This document shows positions 8,214 through 16,941 of a DNA stretch of 37,508 nt, piece after piece. Position numbers and translations under genes: made by a program. The stretch lies in sequence record SRR22947725_5055, one strand, 5' to 3'. Positions within the stretch are counted from its first letter, which is position 1. The number at the start of each line of letters is the position of its first letter. The notes beneath the pieces are model-generated. The model made no database searches, was not told the origin of the DNA, and worked only from the letters and a program-made list of their open reading frames with translations.

Positions 8214-10112
8214 ATGATTTCATGCGATCCTAAGATTTTTGATTATTCTTCAATAAACGCCTTTCTTTCAGAGAATTCTATTTGGATAAAAAATAATCCA
8301 TGCGTAAGTCCTGATTTCTGCCTGGATTGGGACCGTTTTACTGAGGGTCTGAATGGCACTCCCGAGTTAACAGAATATTCACTAAGTACTTTTTCTTCTG
8401 AGTGCGGCGAATGGACTCTAGTGGAAGACCAATGGGGAGATCATGCATGGAGGTTGAGAGTTCCTGATCGAATGAATGAGGACTTTGAACCATTGAATAA
8501 TGGATTCGAGACGGAAGGATTTATTTATTTCCCGGCTTCCTTTGAAAACCTCGTTCGATTAAAAAATTTGCTTCAGGAAAGCGATCCTGAAACTAATGCT
8601 TTTCCCACATCCCGGGGAAATCTCGGGAAATCAACTTTGGGAATAGGAGCCCGTTTTACCACCCTGCATTGGGACGGGGTGGATTGGGCTATGTCCCGAT
8701 TAGGCATGGGGTTGACCGCCAATCAGAACAGTATTCCTCGTGAACTTGTCTATGATGTGAATGAAATGCTTGCGGGTAACCTCGATACTGTACCATTTCC
8801 TTTTATTGGCTGCGATGTACCGGAGGGGCATCAGGGCCAAAGTGTGGAGGGAATGACCCATGGGTGTATTTTGGCAAAATTTAAGAATGGGTTTCATAAA
8901 CTCGGTATCTCCTGGAGTTTTAATGCGGATCATCAACCTATTGGGGGAAAGTTCGATGAAAGAGAAGATCAACTGGTCGCTGGTTGTATGTTTGCCAGTT
9001 ATATCACTTTTGATCTTTCACCTGAATTGGCTGAGACGGTTATCCCGGAATCAGAAGAGGCAAAAGCTCGTTTCGTCGAAAAGGAAGTCCCGCATGATTT
9101 GGTGGATGCGGCGAGAAAGAGGGTAGAAAATGCGGGATTGCACCCCAGTGTAGACGAGTTCAATGGATTACTGGCATATGTTTGGCCGGCTCTTCAAAAA
9201 ATGAAGGTTCGTGACGATAAATATAAGAGCTTCCGGAAGAAGTATTTTAGTACAGATTTAGGATGTGATTTTCTTAGGGAATTATCCATTGATGAATTGC
9301 CCGGTTTAACCACCCCAGAGACAACTGCCGTAATGCTTGCCCTGTCATTTGAAATGGGAATGCCGATTCACTTTGTGGCTCCTGCGTTCGGGTTTCAGAA
9401 GAATATTCCTTATCCCGATAACGATCAATTGCGGGAAATGATAAAACCCATATGGAAAGTCTGTGAAAGCTTTGGAGTGTCCATAGGCTTTCATTCTGGA
9501 TCCGGTAAATCAGCTGAAAATTATCAGGTGGCCGGAGAGGTCACAGGCAGTAATTTGGAGATTAAGACAAGTGGCCGGTACACCTATGAAATGGGGGTTG
9601 CTTTACACCAATCGAGTAATTCTCAGGATCAGGCTTTATGGAAAGACTGGTATGCATTTACGGTGGAATTAGCTTCCAAAAGCTGTTTTTCAAATGACGA
9701 GACTGAAATGAAAATGGCCCGTGAATTTGTCCAGTTAACGATTGGTAATGAGAAAATGGAGGAAGCTATGAGAAGTGAAGAGTCATGCAGGAATCTGTTG
9801 CATAGTTTGGAGCCCAGTCCGGAGCACTTCTTTTGGTTTGAATATAATTTCCTTTATGTTTTAGCCGCTGAAGGTTCCCCGGAAAAAAAAGCACTTGGTG
9901 ATCATTCCCCTAAGGGGTATCAACAAAGAAAAAGGTTTTATTCAATTAGTGATGAAGGTCGATTGCTCTATTCTAAAAGGGTAGTGGAGTACATCTTATT
10001 TCTCGCTGAGAACACGGGTTTGGCCTCTAAGGATAATTGTTCGAAAGCGGCCGAGGAACTTGCTCGAATCGAGAATTTCAAGGAATTTATTGCGAGTATT
10101 TCTAAGTCGTAA
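8214..10112 (+). CDS. Divergent tagaturonate/fructuronate epimerase (UxaE)-family protein
   Basis: Ordered motifs LGIGARF, NQNSIPRE, FNADH, ELSIDE, FHSGSGK and EIKTSG parallel UxaE GxGDRL, QQSxRE, DADH, ExSxDE, HSGSDK and HxKTAG. Confidence 0.7.
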   Translation: MISCDPKIFDYSSINAFLSENSIWIKNNPCVSPDFCLDWDRFTEGLNGTPELTEYSLSTFSSECGEWTLVEDQWGDHAWRLRVPDRMNEDFEPLNNGFETEGFIYFPASFENLVRLKNLLQESDPETNAFPTSRGNLGKSTLGIGARFTTLHWDGVDWAMSRLGMGLTANQNSIPRELVYDVNEMLAGNLDTVPFPFIGCDVPEGHQGQSVEGMTHGCILAKFKNGFHKLGISWSFNADHQPIGGKFDEREDQLVAGCMFASYITFDLSPELAETVIPESEEAKARFVEKEVPHDLVDAARKRVENAGLHPSVDEFNGLLAYVWPALQKMKVRDDKYKSFRKKYFSTDLGCDFLRELSIDELPGLTTPETTAVMLALSFEMGMPIHFVAPAFGFQKNIPYPDNDQLREMIKPIWKVCESFGVSIGFHSGSGKSAENYQVAGEVTGSNLEIKTSGRYTYEMGVALHQSSNSQDQALWKDWYAFTVELASKSCFSNDETEMKMAREFVQLTIGNEKMEEAMRSEESCRNLLHSLEPSPEHFFWFEYNFLYVLAAEGSPEKKALGDHSPKGYQQRKRFYSISDEGRLLYSKRVVEYILFLAENTGLASKDNCSKAAEELARIENFKEFIASISKS

Positions 10113-10148
10113 ATAAAGACGAAAATTTCTTGTTGAAATTTAGGATCG

Positions 10149-10430
10149 TCAGGAACGATCCAGGTGCCCTAGTTCTTTCTCCGGATTGATGAAATCCCTG
10201 ACTCTTTTTTTGAGTTCCTTGATGTCAGGAAATCCAGCCTCAACCTTTCGGCACCAAATCAAATCCTGATTACAGGTAATTTTGAATGTTCCACTCACTT
10301 CCTTGTTTGGTTTTAAGGTGACCTCATCAATTTCCTGTTCAAAGGTGGAGAGTAGTTCCTGAGCCATCCATGCGGAGCGAAGAAGCCATCGGCAACCTGG
10401 ACAATACTCAATTTTTATTTTGAATTCCAT
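10149..10430 (-). CDS. Rdx (SelT/SelW/SelH) family thioredoxin-like protein, Cys form
   Basis: IEYCPGCRWLLRSAWMAQELLSTF and GFPDIKELKKRVRD; the CxxC codons are TGT and TGC, so there is no Sec. Confidence 0.93.
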   Translation of the reverse strand: MEFKIKIEYCPGCRWLLRSAWMAQELLSTFEQEIDEVTLKPNKEVSGTFKITCNQDLIWCRKVEAGFPDIKELKKRVRDFINPEKELGHLDRS

Positions 10431-10466
10431 ATTTATATATAAATGAGCGTTCTTAAGTTAATACGG

Positions 10467-11339
10467 TTATTTTTGTAAGAAGTTTTCGGGAGATACACCG
10501 TAAACAGATTTAAAGGTGCGTGAAAAATGAAAAGGGTTTTCGAATCCTAGTTCAAATGCAATGTCCTTTACCAATCTTCTTGAAGAAAGAAGCAGAGATG
10601 CTGCATGTCCCATTTTTAATCTAATCAGGAATCTATATGGAGATTCGTTATGAAAGCGTTTGAACACGCGAGAAAGGTACGCGGGATCAATATTAAGTTC
10701 ATTTGCAAGTTCTTCTATTGTTCGAATTCGAAAGTAGTTTTTTCGCAAGTGCAAGTGGATCCGTTTGTAAGTATCCCATGCCCGGGCTTGTTTTTCTATT
10801 TTTGTCTTTACCAGTTCGTTGGTTTTCAGGACAACCGTTTGGGCTAGCAAGTTGCAAATGGATACACCATTCACCGAGTCCGAGTTAGCATTACTTAAAA
10901 TTAATTCAAACAATTCTATAATTTCACTGTGGTCTCTAATTCCTTCAAAGTATGTCTGTTTTTTTATAATCTTGGAATCTATCTTAATATCTGGGGAATG
11001 AGCGAGCACCATGAAATATTTAATCATGGGTTTACTCTCTGAAGTTGAAATTTTATGGTGGATGCCGGTCTTGTAACTAAAAAGTGACCCCGGTTCTAAA
11101 TTGAAATTCGAACCGCCCAAATAGAGTTTTCCATTTCCAGCAATTATAAATTCAATTGTGGTGTATTCTATTTCTGAATTTGTCCAGCCGGTTTCTGGGT
11201 ATGAGTCTCGTTCCACTAAAAATTCTGGAAGGCATTTTTCAAAGCCTACACTGACTAAGGAAAACATATTTGGTTTACCTTCAGGAAAGCCAATAAAAAC
11301 CTGTCTCGAATCAATTACCTGTTTAGAAAAGTGTTCCAC
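10467..11339 (-). CDS. AraC-family transcriptional regulator
   Basis: N-terminal cupin-like region; C-terminal double HTH (TIEELANELNIDPAYLSRVFKR; VKDIAFELGFENPFHFSRTFKSVYGVSP); GTG start. Confidence 0.93.
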   Translation of the reverse strand: MEHFSKQVIDSRQVFIGFPEGKPNMFSLVSVGFEKCLPEFLVERDSYPETGWTNSEIEYTTIEFIIAGNGKLYLGGSNFNLEPGSLFSYKTGIHHKISTSESKPMIKYFMVLAHSPDIKIDSKIIKKQTYFEGIRDHSEIIELFELILSNANSDSVNGVSICNLLAQTVVLKTNELVKTKIEKQARAWDTYKRIHLHLRKNYFRIRTIEELANELNIDPAYLSRVFKRFHNESPYRFLIRLKMGHAASLLLSSRRLVKDIAFELGFENPFHFSRTFKSVYGVSPENFLQK

Positions 11340-11357
11340 AATAATTTTTAAATGAAA

Positions 11358-11395
11358 GTCAAAAATAGATATTCTTTGGTCAGGGATATATATTC
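11358..11395. promoter_or_regulatory. Candidate AraC-type operator: two 17-bp direct repeats with 21-bp period
   Basis: GTCAAAAATAGATATTC (11358-11374) and GTCAGGGATATATATTC (11379-11395) match at 13/17 positions, have a 4-bp spacer, and lie just upstream of the araC-family start. Confidence 0.55.
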
Positions 11396-11587
11396 ATAAT
11401 TTACCGCCTTTTGTCTATTGTTAATATTAAATTATAGATAATATCTAATTTCCTATGCTGATAGTTTGTCCCATTTTCATTTGTGTCTAATAATCATTAA
11501 TTGATATGTCATTTGGTTCTAATCATTTTTTTCGCTTTTTAACAAGGTACAGGTTGACAGAATTCTTATTCTTTCAACTATCAAATC

Positions 11588-14500
11588 ATGTTTAGGATGA
11601 AGTTTCTTATGAGATTACTTTTGGTGCTTTTTTCTTTATTGCCCAATTTTCATGTAATTGCCGATGAAAGTCATTTCTTTGAAACAAAGATTCGACCTGT
11701 GTTGTCCGAGAAATGTTATGAGTGTCACAGTGCGAGGAGCAGTAAAACCAAAGGTGGATTAAGACTGGATCACATTGACCTGATACTTCAGGGGGGTGAT
11801 TCGGGTCCTGCATTAGTTCTAGGCAAATCACAAGAATCCTTATTGATAGCAGCAATTAGCTATGAAGATCCTGATTTTCATATGCCTCCCAAAGAGAAAC
11901 TTAAGAAAGAAATTGTTTCTGATTTTGAAAAATGGATTGATAATGGAGCGATTTGGCCAAAAGAGCCTGTTCCGGCATTTTCATCTTCCAAAAAAAGAAC
12001 CTCTTTTAAATTAGAAAAACGCAAGAATTCCCATTGGTGCTGGCAACCGATTACCCCTCCGAGCATTCCGGTTGCTGAATCTGCCAAAAAGCTAGATCCA
12101 ATAGACCAATTGATTCGTGAAAAACTTGCTTATGCAGCTCTTTTGCCTTCCATGCCAGCAGATAAAAGAACCTGGCTCAGGCGAGTGACTTTTGACCTGA
12201 CGGGTCTTCCACCGAGTTTAACTGAAATCGAAAATTTCATAGCGGATAAATCTAATAATTCGTTCGACACCGTAGTCGACCGATTACTCTCCTCGCACCA
12301 TTATGGAGAAAAATGGGCGAGGCATTGGATGGATTTAGTCCGCTACGCGGAAACATGCGGACATGAGTTTGATTACTCTTTGGAAAACCCTCATGAATAT
12401 CGCGATTACTTGATCCGTGCGTTTAATCATGATTTACCCTATGATCAATTGCTTACAGAGCATGTTGCAGGTGATTTGATTGCTACACCGCGCCTCCACC
12501 CGGAGCAGAAATTTAATGAGTCCATTATTGGCACTGGTTACTGGTACTTTCATGAGGCAGTCCATGCTCCAACAGATTCAAAAGTTGATAATGCTGACCG
12601 CATGGAGAATCAATTGGATGTGTTTGGGAAAACTTTCCTTGGGTTAACAATTGGGTGTGCTCGCTGCCATGATCATAAGTTTGATGCTATTTCTGAAAAG
12701 GATTACTATTCGCTAGCCGCTTTCATGCAGGGTAGTACTCGTCAGGAGTATCCTCTAGATGTTGGAGGACAGAGAAAAAAAATTGCTAATGAGATAGAAA
12801 CTTTATGTCGATCTGCGTTTTCCTCTCTCTCTCATGATTCAGGGAATGTCTATTCTACCACTCCACTGAGCAAATATTGGGAAACTGCTTTGCATCTAAC
12901 TAACTCTAGCTATGAATTTGCGAGTGGAGACTCTAATCTAACCCAAAAAATATTAATTGATTTTGAAAATGGTTTTGGTACATGGAAATCAAATGGAGAA
13001 GCCTTCTCAAAAACCATATTTAAAGGTTCAAAACCCTCTCATTCGGTAATTGGGTACTCAGGCTTGGGTTGGGCTTCTTCTTATAACAAAGACCCAAAGA
13101 AATCAAAGGGATCATTGATATCTCCTAAATTTAAGGTGGAGTATCGATTCCTGAATTTTTTAGTTGGCGGTGGCCAGTTTAACGAGGTGGGAGTGGAGCT
13201 ATGGGCAGATGGTCAACGAGTCATTGTATCTCGCGGTGAGAATAACGATAAGCTTGTACAAAAGAGTTGGGACTTGGAAGATTATTATGACAAGGAGGTC
13301 GAAGTCCGTTTGGTTGATAATGCAACGGGTAGGTGGGCACATGTACATGCAGACCAGTTTGGATTTTCTAAAATTCCCGCGATTCCAAATCCCGATAAGC
13401 CAGTACCTCCGATTTCCATAGTCGAAAGGTATGCTCAGGCAAACAGTTTAAATGTCAAAACCCTTCGGGCATGGTGTATGCACTTTAATCAGTTAACCAA
13501 CCTTCTATCGTTATCACAAAGAATAGAAAGTGCAAAAAACTCACATATTGGACTGGTCAAAGCGGAACAGAATTTCATTCAAAACAGTCAATCTTTTGCA
13601 AATTTTACTTCTTCGGAAATTCCAAAAGGCTGGAAAATAACCGGTGAAGCTTTTAAACCACGAGGGCACCGATTAATTTCGTTCGACGGATCTAATCTTT
13701 TTCCTGATCGGAATGTACTTTCCTCAAATGTTTTAGGAAATAGACGGGTTGGCAACCTCCGGTCCCCGCATTTTAAAATTGAGCATGATCAAATTTTGAT
13801 TAAAGCCAAAGCAAAGAAGGCTTTTATGCGAGTAGTGATTGATAATTACCATATGGGTAAACACTCCGGTTTACTTTTTGGCGGCACTGTAATCAAGGAG
13901 GCAAATTCCGAGGATGATTTTAAATGGTTCAGTTTATCGCCCAAGAAATACAAAGGCCATTGGGCTTATCTTGAATTTGTGGATCGGGGTACAGATGCTT
14001 ATTTGGAAATTGATCAAGTTAGATTTGCCAATTCAGGAATTGGAAAAAGGCCCGATTCTAAGTTTTCTCTTCTGCTGGGGGATGATATAACTGAGCCAGG
14101 TAATCTCCCTCAATTCCTTGATAGCTTCCTGGAAAAATCATTCGATAAAATTAATGCGGGCAAGTTTTCAGGAGAAGAATATGAATTTCTTAATTACCTG
14201 CACAGCGAGGGACTTATTCCATTCGAAAATCAGCAAACTACAGCTGAACTATCGAGACAAGCTGGAGTTATTGATTCTCAAACTCCTCGCGAGCGGTATG
14301 TATTAGCGATGGGAGAGGGGAGTGTGTTCCAGGGCAATGTTTATGTCCGTGGAAGCCCCCATAAACTTGGTGACCCTGTCCATGGTAGAAATCTCACCGC
14401 CCTTGGGGGGAAGTCAGGTTCGCGTCTGGATTTGGCCAATCAATTAACCTCTGCGGATAATCCACTCGTGCCTCGTGTCATGGCCAATCGTATTTGGTTG

Positions 14501-15292
14501 CAATTTTTTGGCCGTGGTATCGTGCCAACGCCCGACGATTTCGGCCCGATGGGACAGAAACCAAGCCATCCTGAACTGCTTGATTGGTTAGCCAATGATT
14601 TTAGGGAAAATAATTGGTCTGTTAAAAATCTGATTCGAAAAATTGTGCTTTCTCAAACCTATCGGCAATCAAGCACTTTAAATCCCTCCAATGACAAAAA
14701 TAAAGTTAGCTTGGCAGACCCTGAGAATATTCTGTTGCACAAAATGCCAGTAAGGAGGCTACATGCCGAATTCATCAGAGATTCAATTCTGTTGTTCTCT
14801 GGTCGAATCGATAAAAAGCTTTTTGGCCCTTCGATTCCTATTTACAAAACCGCCTTTATGACGGGAAGGGGGGGCAAGAAAAATGGTCCTTTAGATGGAG
14901 CCGGCAGAAGAAGTATTTATGGTTCTGTTTACCGAAATTTCCTTTCTCCATTCATGTTGGCCTTTGATCAACCAGCTCCTTTCGGGACCAAAGGGAAAAG
15001 GTCAGTTTCTAATGTTCCGGCTCAGTCTTTGGCTTTGATGAATGATCCGTTTGTCATTGGTCAATGCAATATGATCGGTAAAAATATTTTTCAGACAAAG
15101 ATGCCAAAATCCGAGTCGGTTGTTAGTCTTTTTGAGATGATAACGGGGAAACCTCCAAGCCAAAAAGCTCAAGGAAAACTTCTCGCATTTTTAGAGACTC
15201 AAACGAAAGCACATGGGGGTCTTACCGAGCATGTTTGGGCCGATTTAGCCCATGTCCTGATTAATTCAAAAGGATTCCTTTTTCTCAACTAA
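11588..15292 (+). CDS. PSD1 and planctomycete cytochrome c domain protein (PSCyt1 + DUF1549 + DUF1553)
   Basis: Signal peptide; FETKIRPVLSEKCYECH, RRVTFDLTGLPP, YGEKWARHWMDLVRYAE, CARCHDHKFD, PSHPELLDWLA and PAQSLALMN motifs. Confidence 0.93.
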   Translation: MFRMKFLMRLLLVLFSLLPNFHVIADESHFFETKIRPVLSEKCYECHSARSSKTKGGLRLDHIDLILQGGDSGPALVLGKSQESLLIAAISYEDPDFHMPPKEKLKKEIVSDFEKWIDNGAIWPKEPVPAFSSSKKRTSFKLEKRKNSHWCWQPITPPSIPVAESAKKLDPIDQLIREKLAYAALLPSMPADKRTWLRRVTFDLTGLPPSLTEIENFIADKSNNSFDTVVDRLLSSHHYGEKWARHWMDLVRYAETCGHEFDYSLENPHEYRDYLIRAFNHDLPYDQLLTEHVAGDLIATPRLHPEQKFNESIIGTGYWYFHEAVHAPTDSKVDNADRMENQLDVFGKTFLGLTIGCARCHDHKFDAISEKDYYSLAAFMQGSTRQEYPLDVGGQRKKIANEIETLCRSAFSSLSHDSGNVYSTTPLSKYWETALHLTNSSYEFASGDSNLTQKILIDFENGFGTWKSNGEAFSKTIFKGSKPSHSVIGYSGLGWASSYNKDPKKSKGSLISPKFKVEYRFLNFLVGGGQFNEVGVELWADGQRVIVSRGENNDKLVQKSWDLEDYYDKEVEVRLVDNATGRWAHVHADQFGFSKIPAIPNPDKPVPPISIVERYAQANSLNVKTLRAWCMHFNQLTNLLSLSQRIESAKNSHIGLVKAEQNFIQNSQSFANFTSSEIPKGWKITGEAFKPRGHRLISFDGSNLFPDRNVLSSNVLGNRRVGNLRSPHFKIEHDQILIKAKAKKAFMRVVIDNYHMGKHSGLLFGGTVIKEANSEDDFKWFSLSPKKYKGHWAYLEFVDRGTDAYLEIDQVRFANSGIGKRPDSKFSLLLGDDITEPGNLPQFLDSFLEKSFDKINAGKFSGEEYEFLNYLHSEGLIPFENQQTTAELSRQAGVIDSQTPRERYVLAMGEGSVFQGNVYVRGSPHKLGDPVHGRNLTALGGKSGSRLDLANQLTSADNPLVPRVMANRIWLQFFGRGIVPTPDDFGPMGQKPSHPELLDWLANDFRENNWSVKNLIRKIVLSQTYRQSSTLNPSNDKNKVSLADPENILLHKMPVRRLHAEFIRDSILLFSGRIDKKLFGPSIPIYKTAFMTGRGGKKNGPLDGAGRRSIYGSVYRNFLSPFMLAFDQPAPFGTKGKRSVSNVPAQSLALMNDPFVIGQCNMIGKNIFQTKMPKSESVVSLFEMITGKPPSQKAQGKLLAFLETQTKAHGGLTEHVWADLAHVLINSKGFLFLN

Positions 15293-15303
15293 ACTTCCAA
15301 GCC

Positions 15304-16719
15304 ATGCATTGTAACCAATTTAATACTCCATTGTCCCGTAGGTCCATGCTTCAATCCTGTGCCATGGGATTTGGCGGACTCGCTTTTTCCGCTCTGTCCA
15401 ATGATTCACTGGCTTCCCCCTTGGCGCCCAAGAAGCCACATTTTACACCACGGGCTAAAAATGTGATTTTTCTCTACATGGACGGTGGCCCCTCCCATGT
15501 GGATACTTTTGATTACAAGCCAGCCTTGGAAAAATATAACGGGAAGGACCCTCGCGAAGTAATTGGAAAATTAGCACCCACCCAATTTGATAATATCGGT
15601 AAAATATTAAAGAGCCCGTGGGAATTTAAGCAAAGAGGGCAGAGTGGACACTGGGTATCCGATCTTTTTCCACATATTGCACAGGACGATGTGATCGATG
15701 AGATTTCGATGGTGAAATCAATGACATCCAATTTTTCCGAACATACTTCTGCCAACTATTTTCTGCATACCGGAAGCGGGTTTCAAGGGCGTCCCAGTAT
15801 GGGGGCATGGTTTGGATACGGCTTGGGAACAGAGAATCAAAACTTACCCGGGTTCGTGGTTTTAAATGGAGGCTTAATTCCTCCTGGAGGATTGGATTGT
15901 TTTGGTTCCGGTTTTTTACCGGCCAGTTATCAAGGATCAGTTTTTCTTCCTCAAAATGAACCGGTTGCTAATATCAAACCGAAGGAGAAATCGGCTGAAT
16001 TACAGAGAAATAAACTATCTCTGCTGTCAGATTTGGATAGCTCTTCCTTGCAGGAGATGGGTTTTGACCCGCAAGTGGAAGCCGCGATTCAGAATTACGA
16101 GACTGCCTATCAAATGCAGACATCAGTTCCGGAGTTGATGGATTTGACCGGTGAATCTGATGTGGTCAAGAACTCATACGGTATGGATTCGGATTTTAAG
16201 AATACCCGGACCTTTGGGATGCAATGCCTATTGGCTCGTCGGTTGGTTCAACGGGGCGTGCGGTTCATTGAACTGACCTGTCCAGGGGGGAACGGAGACC
16301 GATGGGACCAGCACGGTGGATTAGTGGATGGTCACGGTAAGAATTGTAAATCCGTTGACCAACCGATTGCCGCACTCATTCGCGACCTTAGGAAATTAGG
16401 TATGTTGGATGACACCCTGGTTGTATGGACGGGGGAGTTTGGTCGTACCCCATTTGCCCAAGGATCAAATGGGCGAGATCATAACCCCTTTGGATTCACA
16501 ACCTGGTTTGCAGGCGGTGGAATAAAGCCTGGAATAACTGTTGGAGCGACTGATGAGTTTGGATACAAGGCAGTGGAAAATCGTTATGAAATTCATGATC
16601 TGCATGCCACCATGCTTCATTTACTGGGTGTTGAGCACACTGAAAGCACTTTTCGCTTTGGTGGCAGGGATATGAGACTAACTGAAGTCTTCGGTCATTT
16701 GATTAAAGAAATTCTGTAA
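15304..16719 (+). CDS. DUF1501 family protein with Tat signal
   Basis: SRRSML twin-arginine motif; AKNVIFLYMDGGPSHVDTFDYKP, CLLARRLVQRGVRF, WTGEFGRTP, GRDHNP and HDLHAT; usual partner of PSD1 proteins. Confidence 0.93.
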   Translation: MHCNQFNTPLSRRSMLQSCAMGFGGLAFSALSNDSLASPLAPKKPHFTPRAKNVIFLYMDGGPSHVDTFDYKPALEKYNGKDPREVIGKLAPTQFDNIGKILKSPWEFKQRGQSGHWVSDLFPHIAQDDVIDEISMVKSMTSNFSEHTSANYFLHTGSGFQGRPSMGAWFGYGLGTENQNLPGFVVLNGGLIPPGGLDCFGSGFLPASYQGSVFLPQNEPVANIKPKEKSAELQRNKLSLLSDLDSSSLQEMGFDPQVEAAIQNYETAYQMQTSVPELMDLTGESDVVKNSYGMDSDFKNTRTFGMQCLLARRLVQRGVRFIELTCPGGNGDRWDQHGGLVDGHGKNCKSVDQPIAALIRDLRKLGMLDDTLVVWTGEFGRTPFAQGSNGRDHNPFGFTTWFAGGGIKPGITVGATDEFGYKAVENRYEIHDLHATMLHLLGVEHTESTFRFGGRDMRLTEVFGHLIKEIL

Positions 16720-16751
16720 TTTCTTTGTCCAGAAATAGGAACTATTAGCAG

Positions 16752-16908
16752 AATATTAGTAGATGAACCTTACTATTCTATGCCGAATCCTCTAGTCTTT
16801 ATTTTGATTAACTTTACGTGCCCAATTTTCAGATTAGCATTTATGTGAAATAAATGCCTTGCCTTAAGTATAAGGCTGTAATTGTGTTAGATAAGTTCTA
16901 CTAATATT
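16752..16908. repeat. 157-bp element bounded by a perfect 12-bp inverted repeat, with two internal hairpins
   Basis: AATATTAGTAGA (16752-16763) pairs with TCTACTAATATT (16897-16908). Internal stems: GCATTTAT/ATAAATGC (16837-16857) and GCCTTA/TAAGGC (16861-16876). Confidence 0.5.
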
Positions 16909-16941
16909 AATTACGATGAGAGCTTCAATCGCATTCGCCCC

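Noticed and set aside
10149-10430. Selenoprotein W with selenocysteine
   Set aside because: The motif is CPGC, encoded by TGT and TGC; there is no in-frame TGA.
11554-11584. Sigma70 promoter from TTGACA at 11554
   Set aside because: No convincing -10 hexamer at 16-18 bp spacing.
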